Assembly (NCBI GenBank): GCA_009914755.4
Contig: CP068257.2
Span: 6,752,001 to 6,816,000 of the forward strand
Length of the DNA: 64,000 nt
Direction of reading: 5' to 3'
Origin: the human T2T-CHM13v2.0 reference genome, Homo sapiens
In this document: one piece after another, positions 1-16,599 of the stretch
Layout: the number at the start of each line of letters is the position of its first letter
Numbering within the stretch: the stretch's first letter is position 1
Made by a program: the position numbers and the translations under genes
The notes under the pieces: generated by a model
Told to the model about the DNA's origin: nothing
Seen by the model: the letters and a program-made list of their open reading frames with translations, nothing else
Databases searched by the model: none

Positions 1-3000
1 CAACCCGAGTGGAATGGAATGGAAAGGAATGGAACTGAACTGAATGGAATGCAATGGAATCAAATGGAATGGAATGGAAAGGAATGGAAAGGAATCAACC
101 CGAGTGGAGTGTAATAAAATGGAATGGAATAGAATGGAATGGAATCAAGCCGAGTGGAATGGAATGGAATGGAATGGAATGGAATGGAATGGAATGGAAT
201 CAACCCGAGTTGAATGGAATGGAATGCAATGGAATCAACTGGAATGGAATGGCATGGATTGGAATGGAACGGAATCAACATGAATCAAATGGAATGGAAT
301 GGAATGGAATACAATGGAATGGAATGGAATGGAATGGAACGGACGGAATGGAATGGAATGGAATGGAATGGAATGAAGCCGAATGGAATGGAACAGAATA
401 GATTGGAATGGAATGGAATGGAATCAACCGGAGTGGAATGGAATGTTATAAAACCGAATGGAATGGAATGGAATGGAATGCAATGGAATGGAATGGAATA
501 GCATGCAATCAACTTTGGTGGAATGGTATGGAATGGTAAGGAATGGAATGGAATGGAATGGAATGGAATAAAAGGGCATGGAATGGAATGGAATCAACCC
601 GAGAGGAATGGAATGGAATGGAATGGAATGGAATGGAATGGAATGGAATGGAATGGAAATGAATCAAACCGAGTGGAATGGAATGGAATGGAATGGAATG
701 AAATGGAAACAATGCAATGCAATGGTATCAACGGGAATGGAATGCATTGGAATGGAATGGAATGGAATCACCCTGAGTGGATAGGAATGGAATGGAAGGG
801 AATGGAAAGGAATGGAATGGAATGGAAACTAATGGAATGGAATGGAAACAACCCGAGTGGAATGGAATGGAATGGAATGGAATGGAATGGAATGGAATGG
901 AATACAACAAAATTGAAACAACACGAGTAGAATGGCATGGAATGGAAAGGACTTGAATATAATGGAATGGAGTGGAATGGAATAAACACCAGTGGAATGG
1001 AATGGAATGGAATGGAATTGAATGGAATGGAATGGAAAGGAAAGGAATGGAATCAACCCGAGTGGAGTTGCATGGAATGCAATGGAATCCACCCGAGTGG
1101 AATGGAATGGAATGGAATGCAATGCAATTGAACCGAATATAATGCATTGAATGGAATCATCCCGAGTGGAATGGAATGGTATCTAATGCAATGGAATGGA
1201 ATGGAACAGAACGGAATGGAATGGAAAGAATAGATTGAATCCAAGTGGAATTGAATGGAATGGAATGGATTGGAAAGGAATGGAATGGATTGGAATGGAT
1301 TGGAATGGAAAGGAATGGATTCGACCCGAGTGGAATGTAATGGATTGGAATGGAATGGAATGGAATGGAGTGGAATGGAATGGAATGGAATGGAATCAAC
1401 ACGAATGTAGTGGAACGGTATGGAATGGAATGGAATGGAATGGAATGGAATGGAATGGAATGGAATGAAACGGAAAGGAACAGAATAGAATCAACCCAAG
1501 TGGAATGGAATGGAATGGAATGGAATGGAATGGAATGAAATGGAATGGAAGGGAATCAACACGAGTGGAATGGAATGGAAAGGAATGCAATGAAATGGAA
1601 TGGAATGGAATGGAATGGAATGGAATGGAATGGAGTCAACCCGAGAGGAGTAGAATGGAATGGAATGGAATCAACCCCAGTGGAATGGAATGGAATCGAA
1701 TGCAATAGAATGGAATGGAATGGAATGGAATGGAATGGAATGGAATGGAATGGAATGGAATTCAATGGAATCAACCCGAGTAGAATGGAATGGTATGGAA
1801 TGCAATGGAATGGAGTGGAACAGAATGGAATGGAATGGAATGGAATTGATTGAATCCGAGTGGAATTGAATGGAAGGGAATGCATTGGAAAGGAATGGAA
1901 AGGATTCAACGCGAGTGGAATGTAGTGGATTGGAATGGAGTGGAATGGAATGGAATGGAATGGAATGGAACGGAATCAACACAAATGGAACGGAATGGAA
2001 TGGAATGGAATGGAATGGAATAGAATGGAAAGGAATGCAATGCAATGGAATGGAATGGAATGGAATGAAATGGAATAAACCCGAATGGAATGGAATGGAA
2101 TGGAATGGAATGGAATGGAATGGAATGGAATGAATTGGAATAAACCCGAATGTAATGGAATGGAATGGAATGGAATGGAATAGAATGGAATGGAATGGAA
2201 TGGAATAAACACCAGTGGAATGAAATGGAATGGAATGGAATGGAATGGAATGGAATGGAATGGAATGGAAAGTAATGAAATCAACCCGAGTAGAATGGAA
2301 CAGAATGGAATGGAATGGAATGGAATGGAAAGGAATGGAATCAACTGGAATGGAATGAAATGGAATGCAATGGAGTGGAATGGAATGGAATGCAATGGAA
2401 TCAACAAGATTGAAATGCAATGGAATGGAATGGAATAGAATGGATAGGAATGGAATGGAATGGAATGGAATCAACCCGAGTGGAGTAAAATAAAATGAAA
2501 TGAAATGGAATGGAATGAACCTGAGTGGAACGGAATGGAATGGAATGGAATGGTATCAACCACAGTGGAATGGAATGGAATTGAATGGAATAGAACAGAA
2601 AGGAATGCAATGGCATCAACTGGAATGGAATGGAATGGAATGGAATGGAACGGAATCAACCTTAGTCAAATAGAATGGATTGGAATGGAATGGAATGGAA
2701 TGGAATGGAATGGAATGGAATGGATTGGAAACTACTTGAATGAAATGGAAACAACCCGAGTAGAATGGAATGCAATGGAATGGAATGGAATGGAATGGAA
2801 TGGAACGGAATGGAATGGAACGGAATGGAATGGAATGGTGTGTAAATGAATGGAATGGAATCAACTCGACTGGAATGGAATGGAATGGAAAGCAATGAAT
2901 GGAATGGAATGGAATAGAATGGAATTGTGTGGAATGCAATGGTATGGAATAGAATGGAATGGAACGGAACGGAACGGAATGGAATGGAATTGACCCGAAT

Positions 3001-6000
3001 GGAATGGAATGGAATGGAATGGATTGGAATGGAATGGAACGGAATTAACCCGAGTGGAATGGAATGTAATGGAATGGAGTGGAATGTAATGGAAAGGAGT
3101 GTAATGTAATGTAATGGAATGGAGTGGAATGTAGTGGAATGGAGTGGAATAGAATAGAATGGAATCAACAGGAATGGAATGGAACGGAATGGAATGGAAT
3201 GGAATGGAATGGTATGGAATGAAATGGAAAGGAACGGAATAGAATCAACCCAAGTGGAATGGAATGGAATGGAATGGAAGGGAATCAACACGAGTGGAAT
3301 GGAATGGAAAGGAATGCAATGCAATGTAATCAACACGAGTGGAGTAGAATGGAATGGAATGGAATCAACCCCATTGCAATGGAATGGAATGGAATGCCTT
3401 AGAATGGAATGGAATGGAATGGAATGGAATGGAATTCAATGGAATCAACCCGAGTGGAATGGAATGGTATGGAATGCAATGGAATGGAGTGGAACAGAAC
3501 GGAATGGAATGGAATGGAATGGAATTGATTGAATCCGAGTGGAATTGAATGGAAGGGAATGCATTGGAAAGGAATGGAAAGGATTCACCCCGAGTGGAAT
3601 GTAATGGATTGGTATGGAGTGGGATGGAATGGAATGGAATGGAATGGAATCGAATCAACACAAATGGAATGGAATGGAATGGAATGGAATAGAATGGAAA
3701 GGAATGGAATGCAATGGAATGGAATGGAATGGAATGGAATGGAATAAACCCGAATGGAATGGAATGGAATGGAATGGAATGGAATGGAATGGAGTGGAAT
3801 GGAATACACACCAGTGGAATGAAATGGAATGGAATGGAGTGGAATGGGATGGAATGGAAAAGAATGAAATCAACCCGAGTAGAATGGAACAGAATGTTAT
3901 GGAATGGAATGGAATGGAAAGGAATGGAATCAACTGGAATGGAATGAAATGGAATGGAATGGAGTGGAATGAAATAGAATGCAATGGAATCAACAAGAGT
4001 GAAATGCAATGGAATGGAATGGAATGGAATGGAATGGAATGGAATGGAATGGAATCAACCCGAGTGGAGTGAAATAAAATGGAATGGAATGGAACGGAAT
4101 CAACCTGAGTGGAACGGAATGGAATGGAATGGAATGGAATGATATCAACCAGAGTGGAATGGAATGGAATTGAATGGAATGGAATGGAAGGGAATGCAAT
4201 AGAATCAACTGAATTGGAATGGAATGGAATGGAAAGGAATGGAATGGAATGGAAAGGAATCAACCTGAGTCAAATAGAATGGAATGGAATGGAATGGAAT
4301 GGAATGGAATGGAATGGAATGGAAAGGAAACTACTGGAATGGAATGGAAACAACCCGAGTGGAATGGAATGCAGTGGAATGGAATGGAATGGAATGGAAT
4401 GGAATGGAATACAACAAAATGGAAACAACCCGAGTGGAATGGCATGCAATGGAAAGGACTTGAATATAATGGAATGGATTGGAATCAACCCGATTAGAAA
4501 CTAATGGAATTGAATGGAATGAAATGGAATAGAATGGAATGGAATGGAATGGAATGGAATCTACCCGAGTGGAATGGAATTGAATGGAATTTAATGGAAT
4601 GGAATGGAATAGAATGGTATGGAATCAACCCGAGTGGAATGGTATAGAATGGAACGTAATGGAACGGAATGGAATGGAATAAAACAGAATGGAATGGAAT
4701 GGAAACAACCCGAGTGGGATGGAATGGAATGGAATGGAGTGGAATGGAATGGAATAGAATGGAATGGAATGAAATGGAATAGAATGAAATGGAAAGGAAT
4801 GGAATGGAAATAACCCGAGTGGAATGGAATGGAATGGAATGGAATGGAATGGAATGGAATCAACCCGAGTTAAATGGAATGGAATGGAATGGAACGGAAT
4901 ATAATGGAATGGAACGGAATCATCCCGACAGGAATGGAATGGTATGGAATGCAATGGAATGGAGTGGAACAGAACGGAATGGAATGGAATGGAATTGATT
5001 GAAACCGAGTGGAATTGAATGGAAGGGAATGCATTGGAAAGGAATGGAAAGGATTCAACCCGAGTGGAATGTAATGGATTGGAATGGAGTGGAATGGAAT
5101 GGAGTGGAATGTAATGGAATGGAATGGAATCAACACAAATGGAATGGAATGGAATGGAATGGAATGGAATAGAATGGAAAGGAATGGAATGAAAAGGAAT
5201 GGAATGGAATGGAATGAAATGGAATAAACCCGAATGGAATGGAATGGAATGGAATGGAATGGAATGGAATGGAATGAATTGGAATAAACCCGAATGGAAT
5301 GGAATGGAATGGAATGGAATGAAATGGAATGGAATGGAGTGGAATGGAATGGAGTGGAATGTAATGGAATGGAATGGAATCAACACAAATGGAATGGAAT
5401 GGAATGGAATGGAATGGAATAGAATGGAAAGGAATGGAATGAAAAGGAATGGAATGGAATGGAATGAAATGGAATAAACCCGAATGGAATGGAATGGAAT
5501 GGAATGGAATGGAATGGAATGGAATGAATTGGAATAAACCCGAATGGAATGGAATGGAATGGAATGGAATGAAATGGAATGGAATGGAGTGGAATGGAAT
5601 AAACACCAGTTTAATGAAATGGAATGGAATGGAATGGAAAGTAATGAAATCAAACCGAGTAGAATGGAACACAATGGAATGGATTGGAATGGAATGGAAA
5701 AGAATGGAATCAACTGGAATAGAATGAAATGGAATGGAATGGAGTGGAATGTAATGGAATGCAATGGAATCAACAAGAGTGAAATGCAATGGAATGGAAT
5801 GGAATAGAATGGAATCAACACGAGTGGAGTGAAATAAAATGGAATGGAATGGAATACAATCAACCTGAGTGGAACGGAATGGAATGGAATGGAATTGAAT
5901 GGAATGGAACGGAATGGAATGCAATGGAATGAACTGGAATGGAATGGAATGGAATGGAATGGAACGGAATCAACCTGAGTCAAAAAAATGGAATGGAATG

Positions 6001-9000
6001 GAATGGAATGGAATGGATTGGAAACTACTGGAATGGAATGGAAACAACCCGAGTGGAATGGAATGCAATGGAATGGAATGGAGGGGAATGGAATGGAATG
6101 GAATGGAATGGAATCAACACGAGTGGACTGCAACGGAAAGAAATGGAATGGAATGCAATGGAATGGAATGGAACGGAACGGAACGGAACGGAATTGAATG
6201 GAATGGAATCAACCAAAGTGGAAAGGAATGGAATGGAATGGAATGGAATGGAATGGAATGGAATGGAATGCAATGGAATGGAATGGAATGGAATAGCATG
6301 CAATCAACTTTGGTGGAATGGTATGGAATGGTAAGGAATGGAATGGAATGGAATGGAATGGTATGGAAGGGAATGGAATAAAAGGGCATGGAATGGAATG
6401 GAATCAACCCGAGAGGAATGGAATGGAATGGAATGGAATGGAATGGAATGGAATGGAATGGAAATGAATCAAACCGAGTGGAATGGAATGGAATGGAATG
6501 GAATGGAATGGAATGGAATGGAATGGAAACAATGCAATGCAATGGTATCAACGGGAATGGAATGCATTGGAATGGAATGGAATGGAATCACCCTGAGTGG
6601 ATAGGAATGGAATGGAAGGGAATGGAAAGTAATGGAATGGAATGGAAACTAATGGAATGGAATGGAAACAACCCGAGTGGAATGTAATGTAATGGAATGG
6701 AATGGAATGGAATGGAATGGAATGGAATACAACAAAATGGAAACAACACGAGTAGAATGGCATGGAATGGAAAGGACTTGAATATAAAGGAATGGAGTGG
6801 AATGGAATAAACACCAGTGGAATGAAATGGAATGGAATGGAATTGAATGGAATGGAATGGAAAGGAAAGGAATGGAATCAACCCGAGTGGAATGGAATGG
6901 AATGGAATGCAATGCAATTGAACGGAATATAATGCATTGAATGGAATCATCCCGAGTGGAATGGAATGGTATCTAATGCAATGGAATGGAATGGAACAGA
7001 ACGGAATGGAATGGAAATAATAGATTGAATCCAAGTAGAATTGAATGGAATGGAATGGATTGGAAAGGAATGGAATGGATTGGAATGGAAAGGAATGGAT
7101 TCGACCTGAGTGGAATGTAATGGATTGGAATGGAATGGAATGGAATGGAGTGGATTGGAATGGAATGGAATGGAATCAACACGAATGTAGTGGAACGGTA
7201 TGGAATGGAATGGAATGGAATGGAATGTAATGAAACGGAAAGGAACAGAATAGAATCAACCCAAGTGGAATGGAATGGAATGGAATGGAATGGAATGGAA
7301 TGAAATGGAATGGAAGGGAATCAACACGAGTGGAATGGAATGGAAAGGAATGCAATGAAATGGAATGGAATGGAATGGAAAGGAATGGAATGGAGTCAAC
7401 CCGAGAGGAGTAGAATGGAATGGAATGGAATCAACCCCAGTGGAATGGAATGGAACGGAATGCAATAGAATGGAATGGAATTGAATGGAATGGAATTCAA
7501 TGGAATGAACCCGAGTGGAATGGCATGGTATGGAATGCAATGGAATGGAGTGGAACAGAACGGAATGGAATGGAATGGAACTGATTGAATCCGAGTGGAA
7601 TTGAATGGAAGGGAATGCATTGGAAAGGAATGGAAAGGATTCAACCCGAGTGGAATGTAATGGATTTTAATGGAGTGGAATGGAATGGAATGGAATGGAA
7701 TCAAAACAAATGGAAAGGAATGGAATGGAATGGAATAGAATGGAAAGGAATGGAATGTAACGGAATGGAATGGAATGGAATGAAATGGAATAAACACGAA
7801 TGGAATGGAATGGAATGGAATGGAATGGAATGGAATGGAATGGAATGGATTGGAATGGAATGGAATGAATTGTAATAAACCCGAATGGAATGGAATGGAA
7901 TGGAATGGAATAGAATGGAGTGGAATGGAATAAACACCAGTGGAATGCAATGGAATCGAATGGAATGGATTGGAATGGAATTGAATGGAATGGAATGGAA
8001 TGGAATTAACCCGAGTGGAGTAGAATGGAATGGAATGGAATCAACCCCAGTGGAATGGAATGGAATGGAATGCAAGAGAATGGAATGGAATGGAATGGAA
8101 TGGAATGGAATGGAATTCAATGGAATCAACCCGAGTGGAATGGAATGTTATGGAATGCAATGGAATGCAGTGGAACAGAACGGAATTTAATGGAATGGAA
8201 TTGATTGAATCCGAGTGGAATTGAATGGAAGGGAATGCATTGCAAAGGAATGGAAAGGATTCAACCCGAGTGGAATGTAATGGATTGGAATGGAGTGGAA
8301 TGGAATGGAATGCAATGGAATGGAATCAACACAAATGGAATGGAATGGAATGGAATGGAATAGAATGGAAAGGAATGGAATGCAATCGAATGGAATGGAA
8401 TGGAATGAAATGGAATAAACCCGAATGGAAAGGAATGGAATGGAAAGGAATGGAATGCAATGGAATGGAATGGAATGGAATGAAATGGAATAAACCCGAA
8501 TGGAATGGAATGGAATGGAATGGAATGGAATGGAATGGAATTTACCCGAGTGGAATGGAATATAATGAAATTAAATGGAATGGAATGGAATGGAATGGAA
8601 TGGAATGGAATCTACCCGAGTGGAATGGAATGGAATGGAATTTAATGGAATGGAATGGAAAAGAATGGTATGGAATCAACCCGAGAGGAATGGGATAGAA
8701 TGGAACGTAATGGAACGGAATGGAATGGAATAAAATGGAATGGAATGGAATGGAAACAACCCGAGTGGAATGGAATGGAATAAAATGGAATGGAATGGAA
8801 TGGAAAGGACTACAACAAAATGGAAACAACCCGAGTGGAATGGCATGGAATGGAAAGGACTTCAATAAAATGGAATGGATTGGAATCAACCCGATTAGAA
8901 ACTAATGGAATGGAATGAAATGGAGTGGAAAGGAATGGAATGGAATGGAATGGAATGGAATGGAATGGAATGGAATTTACCCGAGTGGAATGGAATGTAA

Positions 9001-12000
9001 TGAAATTAAATGGAATGGAATGGAATTGAATGGAATGGAATGGAATGGAATCAACCTGAGTGGAACGGAATGGAATGGAATGGAATGGAATGGAATGGAA
9101 TGGAATGGAATGGAATGGAATGGTATCAACCAGAGTGGAATGGAATGGAATTGAATGGAATGGAATGGAATAGAATGCAATGGAATCAACTGGAATGGAA
9201 TGGAATTGAATGAAATGGAATGGAATCAACCTCAGTCAAATAGAATGGAATGGAATGGAATGGAATGGAATGGAATGGAATGGAATGGAATGGAAGGGAA
9301 AGGAACGGAATGGAATCAACCCGAGTGGAATGGAATGGAATGGAATGGAATCCACCCGAGTGGAATGGAATGGAATGGAATGCAATGGAATTGAACGGAA
9401 TATAATGGAATTAAATGGAATCATCCTGTGTGGAACAGAATGGTATCTAATGCAATGGAATGGAATGGAACAAAACGGAATGGAATGGAAGAATAGATTG
9501 AATCCAAGTGGAATTGAATGGAATGGAATGGATTGGAAAGGAATGGAATGGATTGCAATGGATTGGAATGGAAAGGAATGGATTCAACCCGAGTGGAATG
9601 TAATGGATTGGAATGGAATGGAATGGAATGGAATGGAATGGAATGGAATGGAATGGAATGGAATGGAATCAACACGAATGGAATGGAACGGAATGGAATG
9701 GAATGGAATGGAATGGTATGGAATGAAATGGAAAGGAACGGAACAGAATCAACCCAAGTGGAATGGAATGGAAAGGAATGCAATTGAATGGAATGGAATG
9801 GAATGGAATGGAATGGAATGGAATGGAATCAACCCGAGTGGAGTAGAATGGAATGGAATCGAATGAACCGCAGTGGAATGGAATGGAATGGAATGCAATA
9901 GAGTGGAATGGAATGGAATGGAATGGAATTCAATGGAATCAACCCGAGTGGAATGGAATGGTATGGAATGCAATGGAATGGAATGGAACAGAACGGATTG
10001 GAATGGAATGGAAATGATTGAATCTGAGTGGAATTGAATGGAAGGGAAAGCATTGGAAAGGAATGGAAAGGATTCAACCCGAGTGGAATGTAATGGATTG
10101 GAATGGAGTGGAATGTAATGGAATGGATTGGAATGGAATGGAATCAACACAAATGGAAAGGAATGGAAAGGAATGGAATGCAATGGAATGGAATGGAATG
10201 GAATGAAATGGAATAAACCCGAATGGAATGGAATGGAATGGAATGGAATGAATTCGAATAAACCCGAATGGAATGGAATGGAATGGAATGGAATGGAATG
10301 GAATGGAATGGAATGGAGTGGAATGGAATAAACACCAGTGGAATGAAATGGAATGGAATGGAATGGTATGGAATGGAATGGAATGGAAAGGAATGAAATC
10401 AACCCCAGTATAATGGAACAGAATGGAAATGAATGCAATGGAATGGAAAGGAATGGAATCAACTGGAATGGAATGAAATGGAATGGAATGGAGTGGAATG
10501 GAATGGAATGCATTGGAATCAACAACAGTGAAATGCAATGGAATGGAATGGAATGGAATGGAATGGAATGGAATAGAATGGAATCAACCCGAGTGGAGTG
10601 AAATCAAATGGAATGGAATGGAATGGAATCAACCTGAGTGGAACGGAATGGAATGGAATGGAATGGTATCAACCAGAGTGGAATGGAATGGAATTGAATG
10701 GAATGGAATGGAATGGAATGCAATGGAATCAACTGGAATGGAATGGAATGGAATGGAATGGAACGGAATGGAATGGAAACTACTGGAATGGAATGGAAAC
10801 AACCCGAGTGGAATGGAATGCAATGAATGGAATGGAGTGGAATGGAATGGAATGGAATGGAATCAACACGAGTGTACTGCAACGGAATGAAATGGAATGG
10901 AATGGAATGGAATGGAATGGAACGGAATGGAACAGAACGGAATTGAATGGAATGGAATCAACCCAAGTGGAAAGGAATGGAATGGAATGGAATGGAAGGT
11001 TTGGAATGGAATGGAATGGAATAGCATGCAATCAACTTTGGTGGAATGGTATGGAATGGTATGGTATGGAATGGAATGGAATGGAATGGTATGGAATGGA
11101 ATGGAATAAAAGGGCATGGAATGGAATGGAATCAACCCGAGAGGAATGGAATGGAATGGAATGGAATGGAATGGAATGGAATGGAAATGAATCAAACCGA
11201 GTGGAATGGAATAGAATGGAATGGAATGGAATGGAAACAATGCAATGCAATTGTATCAACGGGAATGGAATGCATTGGAATGGAATGGAATGGAATCACC
11301 CTGAGTGGATAGGAATGGAATGGAAGGGAATGGAAAGGAATGGAATGGAATGGAAACTAATGGAATGGAATGGAAACAACCCGAGTGGAATGGAATGGAC
11401 TGGAGTGGAATGGAATGGAATCAACACGAATGGGATGGAACGGAATGGAATGGAATGGAAAGGAACGGAATGGAATCAATCCGAGTGGAATGGAATGGAA
11501 TGGAATGGAATCCACCCGAGTGGAATGGAATCGAATGGAATGCAATGGAATTGAACGGAATATAAAGGAATTAAAAGGAATCATCCCGAGTGGAATGGAA
11601 TGGAATCTAATGCAATGGTATCTAATGCAATGGAATGGAATGAAACAGAACGGAAAGGAATGGAAAGAATAGATTGAATCCAAGTGGAATTGAATGGAAT
11701 GGAATGGATTGGAAAGGAATGGAATGGATTGGAATGGATTGGAATGGAAAGGAATGTATTCAACCAGAGTGGAATGTAATGGATTGGAATGGAATGGAAT
11801 GGAATGGAATGGAATGAAATGGAATGGAATGGAATGCAATGGAATCAACACGAATGGAATGGAACGGAATGGAATGGAATGGAATGGAATGGTATGGAAT
11901 GAAATGGAAAGGAACGGAATAGAATCAACCAAAGTGGAATGGAATGGAATGGAATGGAAGGGAATCAAAACGAGTGGAATGGAATGGAAAGGAATGCAAT

Positions 12001-15000
12001 GGAATGGAAAGGAATGCAATGGAATGGAAAGGAATGTAATGTAATGGAATGGAATGGAATCAACTCGAGTGGAGTAGAATGGAATGGAATGGAATCAACC
12101 CCAGTGGAATGGAATGGAATCGAATGGAATGGAATGGAATAAAAGGGCATGGAATAGAACGGAATCAACCTGAATGGAAAGGAACGGAATGGAGTGGAAT
12201 GGTATGGAATGGAATGGAATTGAAGGGAATCAACCCGAAGGGAATGGAATGAAATGGAATGGAATGGAATGGAATCGAATGGAATCAACCCGAGTGTACT
12301 GCAACGAAATGAAATGGAATGGAATGGAATGGAATGGAAAGGAACGGAACGGAACGGAACGGAATTGAATGGAATGGAATCAACCCAAGTGGAAAGGAAT
12401 GGAATGGAATATAATGGAATGGAATGGAATAGCACGCAATCAAATTTGGTGGAATGGTATGGAATGGTATGGAATGGAATGGAATGGAATGGAATGGAAT
12501 CAACTGGAATGGAATGAAATGGAAAGGAATGGAGTGGAATGGAATGGAATGCAATGGAATCAACAAGAGTGAAATGGAATGGAATGGAATGGGATGGAAT
12601 GGAAAGGAATCAACCCGAGTGGAGTAGAATGGAATGGAATGGAATGGAATGGAATGGAATGGAATGGAATGGAATCAACCTGAGTTGAACGGAATGGAAT
12701 GGAATGGAATGGAATGGAATGGTATCAACCAGAGTGGAATGGAATGGAATTGAATGGAATGGAACGGAATGGAATGCAATGGAATCAACTGGAATGGAAT
12801 GGAATTGAATGAAATGGAATGGAATCAACCTCAGTCAAATAGAATGGAATGGAATGGAATGGGATGGAATGGAATGGAATGCAACGGAAGGGAAAGGAAC
12901 GGAATGTAATCAACCCGAGTGGAATGGAATGGAATGGAATCGAATCCACCCGATTGGAATGGAATGGAATGGAATGCAATGGAATTGAACGGAATATAAT
13001 GGAATTAAATGGAATCATCCCGTGTGGAACGGAATGGTATCTAATGCAATGGAGTGGAATGGAACAGAACGGAATGGAATGGAAGAATAGATTGAATCCA
13101 AGTGGAATTGAATGGAATGGAATGGATTGGAAAGGAATGGAATGGATTGCAATGCATTGGAATGGAAACGAATGGATTCAACCCGAGTGGAATGTAATGG
13201 ATTGGAATGGAATGGAATGGAATGGAATGGAATCAACACGAATGAAATGGAACGGAATGGAATGGAATGGAATGGAATGGTATGGAATGAAATGGAAAGG
13301 AACGGAACAGAATCAACCCAAGTGGAATGGAATGGAAAGTAATGCAATTGAATGGAATGGAATGGAATGGAATCAACCCGAGTGGAGTAGAATGGAATGG
13401 AATGGAATGAACCGCAGTGGAATGGAATGGAATGGAATGCAATAGAATGGAATGGAATGGAATGGAATGGAATTCAATGGAATCAACCCGAGTGGAATGG
13501 AATGGTATGGAATGCAATGGAATGGAGTGGAACAGAATGGAATGGAATGGAATGGAAATGATTGAATCCGAGTGGAATTGAATGGAAGGGAAAGCATTGG
13601 AAAGGAATGGAAAGGATTCAACCCGAGTGGAATGTAATGGATTGGAATGGAGTGGAATGTAATGGAATGGATTGGAATGGAATGGAATGAACACAAATGG
13701 AAAGGAATGGAATGGAATGGAATGGAATGGAAAGGAATGGAATGCAATGGAATGGAATGGAATGGAATGAAATGGAATAAACCCGAATGGAATGGAATGG
13801 AATGGAAAGGAATGGAATGGAATGGAATGGAATGAATTGGAATAAACCCGAATGGAATGGAATGGAATGGAATGGAATGGAGTGGAATGGAATAAACACC
13901 AGTGGAATGAAATGGAATGGAATGGAATGGAATGGAATGGAATGGAAAGGAATGAAATCAACCCCAGTAGAATGGAACAGAATGCAATGGAATGCAATGG
14001 AATGGAAAGGAATAGAATCAACTGGAATGGAATGAAATGGAATGGAATGGAGTGGAATGGAATGGAATGCATTGGAATCAACAAGAGTGAAATGCAATGG
14101 AATGGAATGGAATGGAATGGAATGGAATAGAATGGAATCAACCCGAGTGGAGTGAAATCAAATGGAATGGAATGGAATGGAATCAACCTGAGTGGAACGG
14201 AATGGAATGGAATGGAATGGAATGGAATGGTATCAACCAGAGTGGAATGGAATGGAATTGAATGGAATGGAATGGAATGGAATGCAATGGAATCAACTGG
14301 AATGGAATGGAATGGAACGGAATGGAATGGAATGGAATGGAACGGAATGGAATGGAAACTACTGGAATGGAATGGAAACAACCCGAGTGGAATGGAATGC
14401 AATGAATGGAATGGAGTGGAATGGAATGGAATGGAATGGAATCAACACGAGTGTACTGCAACGGAATGAAATGGAATGGAATGGAATGGAATGGAATGGA
14501 ACGGAACGGAACAGAACGGAATTGAATGGAATGGAATCAACCCAAGTGGAAAGGAACGGAATGGAATGGAATGGAATGGAATGGAATGGAATGGAATGGA
14601 ATGGAATAGCATGCAATCAACTTTGGTGGAATGGTATGGAATGGTATGGTATGGAATGGAATGGAATGGAATGGTATGGAATGGAATGGAATAAAAGGGC
14701 ATGGAATGGAATGGAATCAACCCGAGAGGAATGGAATGGAATGGAATGGAATGGAATGGAATGGAATGGATTTGAAATGAATCAAACCGAGTGGAATGGA
14801 ATAGAATGGAATGGAATGGAATGGAAACAATGCAATGCAATTGTATCAACGGGAATGGAATGCATTGGAATGGAATGGAATGGAATCACCCTGAGTGGAT
14901 AGGAATGGAATGGAAGGGAATGGAAAGGAATGGAATGGAATGGAAACTAATGGAATGGAATGGAAACAACCCGAGTGGAATGGAATGGAATGGAATGGAA

Positions 15001-16599
15001 TGGAATGGAATGGAATGGAATGGAATGGAATGGAATGGAATACAACAAAATGGAAACAACCCGAGTGGAATGGCATGGAATGGAAAGGACTTGAATATAA
15101 TGGAATGGATTGGAATCAACCCGATTACAAACTAATGGAAAGCAATGGAATGGAATGGAATGGAATGGAATGGAATTTACCCGAGTGGAGTGGAATGTAA
15201 CGAAATTAAATGGAATGGAATGGAATGGAATGGAATATTACAAAATGGAAACAATCCGAGTGGAATGGCATGGAATGGAAAGGACCTGAATATAATGGAA
15301 TGGATTGGAATCAACCGGATTAGAAACCAATGGAATGGAATGGAATGGAATGGAATGGAAACTACCCGAGTGGAATGGAATGTAATGGAATGGAGTGGAA
15401 TGCAATGGAATGGAATGGAATGGAATGGAATGGAACAGAATCGAATCCAATGGAATCAACTGGAATGGAATGGAATGGAATGGAATGGAATGGAATCAAT
15501 CCGGGTGGAATGGAATGGAATATAATGGAGTGGAATGGAATGGAAGGGAGTGGAATGGAGTGGAATGGAATGGAATGGAATGGAATCAACCCGAATGGAA
15601 TGGAACGGAATGGAATGGAATGGAATGGAATGGAGTCCACCCGAGTTGAATGGAATGGAATGGAATGGAACGGAATATAATGGAATGGAACGGAATCATC
15701 CCGAGTGGAATGGAATGGTATGGAATTCAATAGAATGGAATGGAACAGAACGGAATGAAATGGAATGGAATAGATTGAATGCGAGTGGAATTGAATGGAA
15801 TGGAACGGATTGGAATGGAATGGAATGGATTGGAGTGGAATGGAATGGAATCAAGATGAATGGGATGGAACGGAATGGAATGGAATGGAAAGGAACGGAA
15901 TGGAATCAACCCGAGTGGAATGGAATCGAATGGAATGCAATGGAATTGAACGGAATATAATGGAATTAAAAGGAATCATCCCGAGTGGAATGGAATGGAA
16001 TCTAATGCAATGGTATCTAATGCAATGGAATGGAATGAAACAGAACGGAAAGGAATGGAAAGAATAGATTGAATCCAAGTGGAATTGAATGGAATGGAAT
16101 GGATTGGAAAGGAATGGAATGGATTGGAATGGATTGGAATGGAAAGGAATGTATTCAACCAGAGTGGAATATAATGGATTGGAATGGAATGGAATGGAAT
16201 GGAATGGAATGGAATGGAATGGAATCAACACGAATGGAATGGAACGGAATGGAATGGAATGGAATGGAATGGTATGGAATGAAATGGAAAGGAACGGAAT
16301 AGAATCAACCAAAGTGGAATGGAATGGAATGGAATGGAATGGAAGGGAATCAACACGAGTGGAAAGGAATGGAAAGGAATGCAATGGAATGGAATGGAAT
16401 GGAATGGAATGGAATGGAATGGAATCAACTCGAGTGGAGTAGAATGGAATGGAATGGAATCAACCCCAGTGGAATGGAATGGAATCGAATGGAATGGAAT
16501 GGAATAAAAGGGCATGGAATAGAACGGAATCAACCTGAATTGAAAGGAAGGGAATGGAGTGGAATGGTATGGAATGGAATGGAATTGAAGGGAATCAAC
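1..16599. repeat. HSat3 domain with shorter variant higher-order units (~3.6-4.5 kb; for example 9210-12848 and 12849-17328). It is built from the same sub-modules found in the 5' part of block A.
   Basis: 9210-10600, 12849-14200, 17329-18600, 40645-41900 and 55950-57250 are similar. 10483-11560 matches 14152-14900 (offset ~3.6 kb). 11300-12600 matches 15700-17000 (offset ~4.37-4.40 kb). 523-930, 6338-6687, 11046-11400 and 14640-15000 are similar. Confidence 0.55.
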